NCBI RefSeq assembly: GCF_009914755.1
Contig: NC_060927.1
DNA from: the human T2T-CHM13v2.0 reference genome, Homo sapiens
DNA: 64,000 bases
Strand: one strand, 5' to 3'
The notes beneath the pieces are model-generated. The model was not told the DNA's origin. It was given only the letters and a program-made list of their open reading frames with translations, and made no database searches. Below, piece after piece: positions 14,430 to 26,030 of this stretch. A program made the position numbers and the translations under genes. How positions within the stretch are numbered: the first letter of the stretch is position 1; every line of letters starts with the position of its first letter.

Positions 14430-14720
14430 TATTATATGTGTGTGACCCGGCTCCTGCCTCCCAGCCCAGTTACATCTGGAAATACTCTTTCCCCTTTTCT
14501 CTCTGCTCCAGCTTTAATGACCTTCTTTAAAAGGCCTTGCCTCTTCCCACCTCAGGACCTATGAACCTACTTTCCTGCTTTGTCCTACTTCTGAGAAGAG
14601 TCTTTCCAGACTCTTCTTATTAAAGCTTCAGTTCAAATGTCACTTTCAGAGGAAGGCTTCTCTCTCTTCCTTGCTGAGATTTGGTATCCCTGGTATCTAC
14701 TCTCAACTGCTCCCTATACA
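14430..14720 (+). mobile_element. L2 fragment
   Basis: cttcccacctcaggacct...cagttcaaatgtcactttcagaggaaggctt. Confidence 0.7.
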
Positions 14721-14721
14721 T

Positions 14722-15018
14722 TTTTTTTTTTTTTTGAGACAGGGTCTCACTCTGTTGACCAGGCTAGAGTGCAGTAGTGCCATCATGGCTCACTGCAACC
14801 TCAACCTCCCGGGCCCAAGTGATTCTCCCACCTAAGCCTCACAAGTAGCTAGGACCACAGGTGCACACATACCATGCCTATCTTCCCCCCCCCACCCCCC
14901 ACCAGAGATAGGGCCTCCCTGTGTTCCACGCTGGTCTTGAATTCCTAGGCTCAAGCAATCCTCCTGCCTTGGCCTCCCAAAATGTTGTGATGACAGGCAT
15001 GAGCCACCACGCCTGGCT
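14722..15018 (-). mobile_element. AluJ with linker replaced by a C-run
   Basis: Antisense dimeric Alu; C9-A-C6 at 14885-14900. Confidence 0.93.
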
Positions 15019-15127
15019 TCCCTGTACTTTTTTGGAGTGGATGCAAATTACAGAGGGAGAGAGTTTAGTAACAACTACCTTGACTACTCTTTTGAGGTTT
15101 CCAGCAACCCTCATTGTTGACTGATGA

Positions 15128-15419
<292 letters not shown>

Positions 15420-15459
15420 AGCTGATGATCCTTATGGAGAAAATGATAATACAAGCTAA

Positions 15460-15669
15460 TACAGGGGATTGGTTCTGCAACCCCCGCATATACCAAAATG
15501 CTCACATACTCAAGTTCAAAGTCAGCCCTGTGGAACCCAAGTATACAAAGAGTCAGTCCTTCATATACATGGGTTTTGCATCCTGAGAATACTTTATTTT
15601 CAATCTGCATTTGTTTGGAAAAAGCAAACCCTAGCAGTTCAAACTCATGTTATTAAAGGGTCAACTGTA
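15460..15669. mobile_element. MER2-family (TcMar-Tigger) MITE
   Basis: ggggattggttc...ataccaaaat; ends aagggtcaactg-TA. Confidence 0.8.
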
Positions 15670-15800
15670 TTTTAATTCTCACTGGAAACCTGCGGTGTTG
15701 GTATTATTTTCATACACATCATGTCAGGAAACTGAAGTACAAAGAGGTGAGGCTACCAGCCTTGGGTCACTCAGCTAGTAAGTCCAGTGAGTGGTGTTGA
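15670..15800 (-). mobile_element. MIR
   Basis: ggaaactgaagtacaaagaggtgagg...ggtcactcagctagtaagt. Confidence 0.7.
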
Positions 15801-16126
15801 TGCAGTTCAGAACTTGCGTGAGGTCTGATTGTGCGGTCTCTTGGAAAGGCAGCAAGCTGCTCAGAGCCATGTGTGAGTCTGTTGGTAGAATGTCTTTCAA
15901 ACTCTTCTCTCTTGTAGTCTTCCTAGTTCGTCAGTTACACTTAGAGGTAGATATCCATTAAAATTCTTACCAGGTGGTATACATTTCTCTGTTCTGATGG
16001 AAACTTGTATAGTCAGGTGATAAAGGCATTACAACGGTACCAAGTCAGCATCGCTCCACTCAAAAGAAATTTTTTAAATGTCCGTGCTGGCAGCGGACAA
16101 GGATGAATGATTAAAAAATAAATAAA

Positions 16127-16146
16127 ATCAAAGCCATGGCTTTGAT
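16127..16146. promoter_or_regulatory. Perfect 20-bp palindrome of two inverted TCF/LEF core sites
   Basis: ATCAAAG-CCATGG-CTTTGAT read directly; regulatory function is inferred. Confidence 0.45.
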
Positions 16147-17324
16147 GAGTTTTCTGTATCTTTCTCCACAGTATACTTGGCCACCCCCGCAGCCAGCTGC
16201 TGGAGGTGCTGGTTCAATAAATGTAATGGGAGCAATCTCACTCTATTACTTTTAAATTAACTTAGTCTATGTGGCCATCCCTGTCCGTGGCTCCTTCTTG
16301 GGGAGGAGGACTGCACCGTATTGATTCAGGTGATGGATGGGAATATTAAACGTTCCAAGGCGGGACAGGAGTCCTACAGTGGGGACTCCACCAAGACAGA
16401 CCTCCAGGCCTCTGAGCAAGTTAGCTCTGCTAGATCAGGGAATGGCAAAACCCTCCAGTAAATTTAAAGTTAAAATCTGAACACCGAGTCTCTGTTTGGG
16501 GCTTGAAAATGGCACTGTTTTCAGACTCTGAATTTGGAGACCATTTTCTCTTCCCCAAGTAAAAGCCAGAGCTAGAAGAAAGTAACATGAATTCATGGTC
16601 ATCAGGCAGGGCTGATATTTCAAAAACCTCAGCATCACCTGGAAATGGGAATAGCACTGTCAAATGTAAAAGCCAATCAGAAAGGTTGCAGTTCGACTTT
16701 CTTGCCCTGAAAAATGAATGGGGTGGGTTGGGGTGAGAAGGTGTGAATAATCTTCCGGGACATTTCAGAGTAGTTCTAACAATAATGCATTAAAGTGTCA
16801 GTAGATGAAATGATTAATTGAATTTGCCTTCATTTTTCTCATTTATTTGCTTTTGGTCCTGTCTTCACTATCTCCTATTTAAGAAATACAAGTATTCCTG
16901 TTCAGCTCAGTCCCTAGCCCTGTCTCTGAAGTCCTTTATTATTGCAAAGTGACATATGTGAAACCTTGCCACTGACATTCATAGACTTATAATCCTACTC
17001 CTTCAATTGCTTTATTAATGCTTTGGCTTTCAGCATAAAAGCAAGCACATTGGAAACCACGGAAAATTTCTGATTATGACAGTGACATTTATCATTCTCT
17101 AATGGAGGAGCTGTAGCTTCTAGGTGGAAAGTTGGCGAGTGCATCCAATGCACAATTTCCTTGTTTTAAATGCAGTCTTTGTTGAGAGGAGCTGTTCTCC
17201 CAGATGCTGGATAATACCTAAGCCTTACATGGTTGTAGGCCTATGTCCAGCAATTGGTGGGAGCACTGTTAATTTTTAACTGTAGGTTTTATGGGTGAAG
17301 AATTGATGTCGCATTAATTCAGGG

Positions 17325-17605
17325 ATGTATTCAACATATTACCAAGTGCTTTCTATGTGCCAGACAGTGCTCTGTGCATTTGGAATGTGTCAGTGACCAA
17401 AAAAAATCCTGCCACTGTGGAGCTTCTATTCTAGCAAGGGGTAGACAGATACAAAAACATCATAAATAATTGCATATGTTAGAAGGTGAGAAGTACTTTG
17501 GAAAAATACAGCATAGGTTAAGGGAAATAAGCTGAGCCAGAGTTTTGTTGGGGGTTGTGGGTTACAGCTTAATAGGCCTTAATAGGCCTTGAAGGAGGTG
17601 ACTCT
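17325..17605 (-). mobile_element. L2 (L2a/b) 3' region
   Basis: attcaacatatt...ctatgtgccagacagtgctc...ggagcttctattctag. Confidence 0.8.
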
Positions 17606-18308
17606 GGTTTGGAATATCTCAGAACTGCATAAGGAATTCCAGATGATGTGATAAAAAAGAAATCCATATTGAAGAATATGAAGTCCTGGGTTATTGCAAA
17701 CTGAAAATGCATTCCTCTTTTTCTTCCCAGCTTCTGAATCCTCTTTTCTTCTGTCCAAGTCCTGGCATTATTTGGGAGCAGTGGCCACCTCTCCTGCCAC
17801 TCCACACTGTAATGAGAATTGGATGAGAGAGTGCAGAATGTGACATTTGTGTGTGATGCTTATGGTTTGTCATGAAATCCACTCAAGAGTTAAACAAGTC
17901 AAGGGTGTTAGCTTTAGGCATGCTTTTGCCTCACATTTATTGGTGTTTAGTATGATTCACTGACCTGAATCAGTTCTAATGGTACACTTAGATATGCAAC
18001 TTCTTGGGAAGGAAAAAGACAAAAATGTCCCTAGTGCAATTTTATTGAGATTTTGGTCCAAAAGGAAGCAGTGTAAATAAACAGCAAAAAAAGCCATAGC
18101 TAAGGTAATGTGCTTCAAAACAAGCTAGAAGACAAATGCTAGGTAATTCGTACCATCCTCTGATTAAATGGCCATGAGCAAATCATCGGGCCCTCCAGGG
18201 CACACTCCATTCCTCTTTGTTGTGGCTGTGGGATGACACATCTGTGCACAGCTCTGCACTCAGAAAACTCAGGCTCGTTTGCCACCACTTCCCTACCTCC
18301 CTCAGTGC

Positions 18309-18350
18309 TGCACGTGCGCGCGCGCACGCACACACACACACACACACACA
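18309..18350. repeat. (CG)n-(CA)n alternating purine-pyrimidine tract
   Basis: tgcacgtgcgcgcgcgcacgcacacaca...; 42 bp of uninterrupted alternation. Confidence 0.95.
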
Positions 18351-18399
18351 GTGTTCCCTGATGTACAAAAGCCACTAATAGTAATTATTTAATGATAAT

Positions 18400-18545
18400 A
18401 ATCTTTGCTTGCATTATCTAATCTCCCAATGGCTTTATCAGAGAAGTACTTATTTTATCCCTAGTTTACAGATTTGGAACCTGGAGCTAGGAGTGGTTAA
18501 CTTACTGATGCCCAGCACACACAGCTAGTTCAGTGATAGGGTTAG
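18400..18545 (-). mobile_element. MIR
   Basis: ttatccctagtttacagatttggaacctggag...acacagctagt. Confidence 0.65.
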
Positions 18546-18724
18546 GGTGGCTGGCCCCATAGGTCATATAAGGATACATTTGCTCATATGGAAACAAGTT
18601 ATTTTTATTGACATGGTGCCAGATCACCAGGTTGGTGGAACTTGTCTCTTGATGTCATACTTCCTGATTGTCTCAATTGATGTCTCCAATCCTCATTTCT
18701 TACCTTTAATCTACCTCTCCCTGC

Positions 18725-18890
18725 CCCTGTGTTCTTTGCATTATAGGATGTTTAGCAGCATCCCGGACCTCTAGCCAACAGATGCCAGTAGCAGGTAGCA
18801 GCCCCCTATAAGTTGTGACAATTGGAATATCTGCAGGCATTAGCAAATATCCCTTGGGGGGGCAAAATCGTCTCCATTTGAGAACTTCTG
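18725..18890 (-). mobile_element. MER20 (hAT-Charlie)
   Basis: gcattataggatgtttagcagcatccc...ggggggcaaaatcg...tgagaac. Confidence 0.85.
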
Positions 18891-18996
18891 GTCCAGATGT
18901 TCAGGTTACATGGACCTACTCTTGTGTGCCAAAATCCAACTCTTCATCAATAGTCAAATTTCAAATCCATCTAGGAACTGTTTGGCTGTGGCTGAG

Positions 18997-19346
18997 TGTA
19001 TTAATCTGCTCCTACTGCCATGACAACATACTGTAGACTAGATGGCTTAAATAAGAAATTAATTTCTCAGTTCTGAGGTGAGGGCTGGAAAGGCCCAGGT
19101 CAAAATGCAGGCAAGGTTTCATTAGGTCTCGCCCCTTATTTGTGCATTCCTGGGGAGACAGCAAGTTCTTTGCTGTCTCTTCTTATAAAGGTGCTAATCC
19201 CATCATGAGGGCCCCACTGTCATGACCTCATCTAACCCTAATTACTTCCCAAAGGTCTCATCTTCAAATATCATCACACTGAGAAGTAGGGCTTCAATCT
19301 ACGAATTTCAGGGGAGTAGGGGTGGGCAAACATTTAGTCCTTAACA
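18997..19346 (-). mobile_element. MLT1A0-like solo LTR
   Basis: TG...CA termini; exact 5-bp TSD ctgag (18992-18996 and 19347-19351). Confidence 0.9.
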
Positions 19347-19384
19347 CTGAGCCTTGATATGTTGGAAGGACATCCAGAAGGAGT

Positions 19385-19530
19385 GTCAAGTCAAATAGGC
19401 CAGAGCTGGTTCATGTCCCAGCTCTATTATTTGGACAAGTTACTTAACCTTTCTTTGCCTATTTTCTGACCTACTAAATAGGGATAAAACTAGTTTGGTC
19501 TAGGGTTTTGGAAATTAAATGAAATGATTG
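19385..19530 (+). mobile_element. MIR
   Basis: ggttcatgtcccagctct...ttggacaagttacttaacct. Confidence 0.7.
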
Positions 19531-19725
19531 ATCCCAAGATGTGTAATTTTTATCAGGAAACTAATTTTTGTTCTTTTTGTTTGCACAATCTCTCCCTAAG
19601 TTGGTAATGCAGGCCCACCTTCAAAGTTGGAAAATCATAGTAAAATGAGAGTTTGTAGCTCCTGGTGTGGTCTTTGCAGAGCATTCGATTAAGCATATCA
19701 TTGCTTATCTAATGAATAGTTATGC

Positions 19726-20036
19726 TTTTTTCTTTATTTTTATTTTTATTTTTTTGGAGACAGGGTCTTGCTCTGTCACCCAGGTTGGAGTGCAGTGGTG
19801 TAATCTTGGCTCACTGCCGCCTCAACCTCCCAGGCTCAAGCTATCCTCCCACCTCAGACTCTCCAGTAGCTGGGGCCATAGGCCCATGCCACCACACTCA
19901 GCTAATTTTTATATTTTTGTAGAGAGAGGGTTTTGGCATGTTGCCTAGGCTGGTCTTGACTCCTGGGCTGAAGTAATCTTCCTGACTTGGCCTTCCAAAG
20001 TGCTGGGATTACAGGTGTCAGACACCTTGCCCGGCC
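19726..20036 (-). mobile_element. AluJ
   Basis: Antisense full dimer with J-type positions. Confidence 0.95.
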
Positions 20037-20118
20037 ATGCTTTGTTTCTTAATGACCGCAGTTGTTACAGCCCACCCAAATGAGCCTATGTACATATATG
20101 GAGATATATATAGAGAGA

Positions 20119-20575
<457 letters not shown>

Positions 20576-21742
20576 AAGAGTTATGGTTTTTTTTTTTGGT
20601 TTTGTTTTTGTTTTTTTTTTTAAAGAGAAGTGTTGTATGTCTACTCTTCTAACACGTATATACAACTTAAGTTAAAAAAAATTTTTTTAAGCTAGTAAGA
20701 AATTTCTGGGAAGTCCTTACCATCTCTGGTAAGAAGTGTTTTCATGCAACAGGGGGAAAAAATATCTTTTTTTCTAATAAAACTGTGGAAACAAGATGAG
20801 TAATTACTACACGAAAGCACAGAATGTTTTCCAAATATTGTGATGGGTGTTTATTCTACATTTTTCTTCTCTCAAGGCCAGTCATGGGCTTGTACAGAAA
20901 TATGAACTTCAGTTCTCAATTATTGGTAGATCTGAAGGGAGTCTATGTACAGAACTATTGTTTACCATCCCGAGAAGTTAATTTCATAGATAGATCATTT
21001 AAACAAATATGACCGTGTTTTAAATTTGATTTAAGAATGCATTTGGGGTGATTAGCGATGTAGCGACTCCTGCAGCTGGTGAGCCTTAAATACGCTTTAT
21101 AAAGATTCCTGTCCGTTGCCAGCACAGCTGTAAACACTTGGCGCCTTTGCTTTGTAACAGTTACAGCACTTGCCTTTTTTCCCCCCAGCCACAGAGCAGT
21201 GCTAATCATTAAGTATGTTTAATAAAAAATATCTTCTCAGCCTCCAAGTGACTCTCTGTTAAATATTTTAAAAACTTATCCCACTTAGTGAGACATTCTT
21301 GACATTAAATAGATTTAATAAGAAATTGTTAGTTTCTGATGGTTTTCAGTGTTAAGTATTTTTTATAGGTAGTTACTTTTCCAGCCGACAACCAGCTCTA
21401 AGTCTTTAATATTTAAAATGTTGCTTTTATAGCTGCGTCCTGCATCTGTGTATAAAATATAGCATGAGCGTTGCCTCTAAATTTTGAAAGACTCCTCCTA
21501 ATGAACATAAGAAGAAAGCATTTTCATTTTCTAAGCATATTTATATTTCACATACCAAAGTACATTCCAAGTTTCACAAATTGGAGACAATTTCTGCCCA
21601 AATATCAGTTTTAACATCTTGTAAGATGCCAGTAACAAAGGCACACTTGAAATGTACTTATCTGGCAGTGAGCACCTATGGGAAAATGTGCTGTGGGTAA
21701 TGATGAAGACATGTAATGTTGTGTTCCACTGAAGCTCTCTAA

Positions 21743-22094
<352 letters not shown>

Positions 22095-22281
22095 GAGTCC
22101 AGCTTTTAAGTGGAAAATAGAGCACCGGAGTATAGGAGCTTGTCAGAGCCTGGTCAGGGACATCGGGGCTAGCTGTGAACACACTTTGATTTCTATTTTG
22201 AGCCTGGGTGTGGCCTCTGCATATATAGAGGAGTTTCAGCAGTTTTGCCATCTTTCGGTGACTGACTTAGGCTATGCACTG

Positions 22282-22545
22282 GAGGCAACATGGGAGACAG
22301 ACATAGAGGTCAAGCCCCTGGGATGCAGATGAACAGACCAAACTTTGAGTCCTGGCTCTGCCCACTTTTCTTTGTGAATCTGAGTCAAGACTTCACCATT
22401 CAGTGTCTCTGTCTCTTCCTCTGTAAAATGTGGGTAGTAATACCTGATGCTTGTGGTGGTTGTGAGAATTAAAGGAGTTGATACATACTCAAGTTTTCTA
22501 TTCTCGGCACTTACCATATATTCAGTGTTCATTGAACATTTACAT
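22282..22545 (+). mobile_element. MIR, near full length
   Basis: ttgagtcctggctctgcc...ctctgtaaaatgtggg...ggttgtgagaattaaa. Confidence 0.8.
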
Positions 22546-23081
22546 TTACTCTATTTTGTGTGTGTGTAATTGACTAGCAGAGTAAATTCTTTGCAGCCAT
22601 GCTTCAGAGAAGGATTGACTTGGAGACTTAGAAGCCTTTTCGGATGCCAAATTTGATAAATCCAGGAGACAGAACGTTGTTTCTTACCTCGTAGTACTTG
22701 AAGAATACTGGCATCTTTTTTCATGGGTGAGCAGATTGTTGTCAAAAGGTTGAGATGATACCATCCAAGAATTCTAGAAACACACAAGACAAGACTTTTA
22801 GTCTGAAATTAACAAAGGATTGAGCATGTCCTTGAATGTCTCCTTTTTTGTAATGTGAGGAAATTCTGCCGAACCTCTGCCTTCACATACAACCTTCCAC
22901 TCCTAATTCTGAATTTTAGATTTCTCCCATTGTGCTTAGAGATCACCTTTTGGCCTCTTCACAACCCCTGCCCCCTTCCACATCTGATATTGTGGGAGAT
23001 TATACAGGATTCAAGTGGTGACTAAAAGGAACTTCTCATTTCCACCTGCAAAATCTTCTATTAGATGTCATATACCCAGAT

Positions 23082-23212
23082 ATGACGGTGGTAATGATCG
23101 TTGTGATGGTGGTGATGGAGATGACAGTCATAGTGATGATGGTGCAGATATGGACTTTGATGATGGTGATGGGGGTGGTTGTGGTGATGATAGTGACTAT
23201 AATGCTGGTGGC
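23082..23212. repeat. Degenerate (GAT/GGT)n trinucleotide repeat
   Basis: gatggtggtgatggagatgac...; abuts the 3' end of an antisense MIR. Confidence 0.85.
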
Positions 23213-23425
23213 TTCCTTGTACTGACTATGACCATGTGACTCACACAGTGCTGAGTGCTGTGCCTGCATTATCTCATTTAACCTTCATCGCCTCTTAATT
23301 CTGCATCATAATCATCCTTGTTTAATGAATGATTAAGCATCCGTTAAACACCCAGGCTTTAGTTTACCCAGGATTATACCCAGGGAATGGGGAAGTGAGG
23401 TCAGAACCCAGACCTGCCTCACCTC
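23213..23425 (-). mobile_element. MIR
   Basis: tgcattatctcatttaaccttca...tcagaacccagacctgcct. Confidence 0.65.
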
Positions 23426-23859
23426 TTAACTGCTTTGCATGTTGCCTCTCAGAGGGTCACAGAAAATCTTGCACTGCTGGCATGCCAGTTGCTTCTGGGG
23501 CTCTAGGATTTGGGGCAAGCTCAGAGATGCACAAGTATAACCTGGAGCTTCCACACCAGTTATGGAGTCAGAGATGTGAACAGTAGTATTTCCAGCCTTG
23601 CCCTGGCCTGTCATAAAGCCATGCCCAGCGACAGGTATGGAATAAACCTGGGCTTCACCAGTAGGATCCAAGTGACCCTGTGCCTTTGGAGTAAGTCCCT
23701 GGGTGTCCCAGTGTCCATATTTTAAAGACCAGATATTTCTACAGCGTGTCTTTGTTATGCCAAAACCCCTTCTGAATTTAGATTTTCTGATCTTCTGACA
23801 GACTTATTTCAGGTATTACTCATCTCTGATTCCAGGTCTCACCTTTTCTTTCTGTATCA

Positions 23860-24210
23860 TGAATTTTTAAGCATGGTGTTCTTTTGCCTGAAATTTTCTT
23901 CCTCCCGCACCGCCACCCTGCATGGCCATTTGATATTGTCTCTTTTCCTTTGGGTCTCAGCTTAGCTGCTTCATCCTAGAAGGCTTCAGGGTCTCCTCCA
24001 ACCTCCACTCCAGTTCCTCTACTAGGTGTTCCTGTGGCAGCTTCTCCTTTCATAGCTTCTATAATTCTGTGCTGTAAGTGCTTGCTTTCTCAGTTGTCTT
24101 TCTTGTGAGACTTTGAGATGCTAACCCTTTAGGCCCTACGAATCCCTGTGTGCTCAGCATTTGGGTGTTCAGTAAAGATTAATTCCCTGCTTGAATGAAT
24201 TCATTGAATT
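23860..24210 (+). mobile_element. L2 3' region
   Basis: ggtctcagcttagctg...tagaaggctt...ttgaatgaattcattgaat. Confidence 0.65.
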
Positions 24211-25479
24211 CATGTCATGTTTGTGTCCTAGAAACACATCAAGGAGCACAGGATAGGAATTAGGGTTGTGACCTTTATCCTTTGACCCACATCTTAAAAA
24301 GGGTCAAATCTTTTACTTACGTACAATTAAGCACACGTAGTAAAAATAAATTTCCAACTGGAAGGTACTCTTTAGGGTACAATTTTTTTTATTAAGTGAC
24401 GTGTCAAGATTATTGGGCTAAGTTGGGGTAAGTTCATCAGTTTAAAATTTTCATTTTTAACAGACAGAAGGCATGAGAAAGGCAAAACTCATTTTCCTGT
24501 GCTGTTTAATTCGATCACATAAAATTATCTCAACAAATACAAAGAAGCCCAATATGTTTTTCCACTAGGTTTCTATATTTATCTTGTAGAATCAACTCTA
24601 TAGATACACCTTTAGTGCTTTGTTCTCTAAAACATAATTTTGTTTATTTTCATATCCTATTTTCTCTTTCCAGCTGCACACATCAAGACTTTTTAAATCA
24701 ACATTCAATTATCACTAAATGACTTTTCTGCCTATTTCAGAATGATTTTGATGTGGTCATGTTTATTTTATTAAAGAATTTTTATATCTGCCTTGGGATA
24801 ATGCAATTAGAATTCTTTTTACCTTTATGCGATCAGTTTAGAGCCCTTCTCATAAGAGAATAAACAAAGATAATAAGAAGGCAATATTTTTATTTTAAAA
24901 GGGCAGATAAAATATCCTCTGTTGCAAAAGGTCTCTTTTGGCTCTTTGTTGAATATGCGTCAATTCAGAGAAATAGATCATATACTTCGAAGTTAGGTCA
25001 TCTTGGTTTTAGGTATAGAAGAACAAGCTTTGGTCGTGAATTTAAGGTTTGTTTGTTTGTTTGCTTGTTTTTACTTCTGCCAGGTTTATGATTGTTAAAG
25101 GATAGACTCTTGAGTTCCTAAACAGTAGAAAACACAACCCTTGTCTAAGGGGTGGTATAATCTAGTCAATTCGGAAGAAAATACGTGAATGAAGAAACAA
25201 AGTTGTCGGTGGAAGAAAGTTTTGAAATCCATTAGAAAACAGGACAGCTTATCAATATCATAGGGGCCTAGTGCAGATAGTTGGCATGTACAGGGAGCTA
25301 GAAGCAACATGAAAGACTGTGGTGAAAATTTTCAATTTTCTCTGTAGGGTATTTGGAGGATAATTTTTGCTCCCAATGATAATGGAGTCAGCACCCTCTT
25401 TGGAGCCATGAACACTCTCTCTTAACTTCTTCTCAGAACCTTTCCTGTATACTGCCACAATCTCAAATGCTTGGCATTA

Positions 25480-26030
25480 GCCAGAGGCTGGAGTGCAGGA
25501 ATCTGATGAAGAGTGCCGCTTCTTAGCCTTGGCCTTTACTAACTGAGCACTACTGAGCAAGTCACTTAACCTCTCTCTGCTCAGTTTCTCTATTTTGAAA
25601 ATGGCTCTTGGCCGGGTGTGGTGGCTCACGCCTGTAATCCCAGCACTTTGGGAGGCTGAGGCGGGCGGATCACCTGAGGTCAGAAGTTCAAGACAAGCCT
25701 GACCAATATGGTGAAACCCCGTCTCTACTAAAAATACAAAAATTAGCCGGGCATGGTGGCACATGCCTGTAGTCCCAGCTACTCAGGAGGCTGAGGCAGG
25801 AGAATCACTTGAACCCAGGAGACAGAGGTTGCAGTTAGCTGAGATCATGCCACTGCACTCCAGCCTGGGTGACAGAGCCAGACTGTATCTCAAAAAAAAA
25901 AGGAAAAAAAATGGCTAAGGAATGCTTACCTCATGAGATTATTTTAAGATTAAATGAGCTATTGTATTTAAAGCATTTAATACACACAGTAACTACTCCT
26001 GAAATCTTAGCTGTGGCTATTAATAAAAAT
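25480..26030 (+). mobile_element. MIR split by an Alu
   Basis: gagcaagtcacttaacctctctctgctcagtttctc before the Alu; cttacctcatgagatt...gattaaatgag after it. Confidence 0.8.
25610..25910 (+). mobile_element. AluSx
   Basis: Full dimer; flanking aaaatggct duplication. Confidence 0.96.

Noticed and set aside
23015-23269. Asp/Gly-rich and Ile/Thr-rich ORFs
   Set aside because: Translations of a degenerate (GAT/GGT)n repeat at a MIR tail
24655-24760. Strong acceptor ttttctctttccag
   Set aside because: No good donor nearby and the downstream sequence is AT-rich with stops
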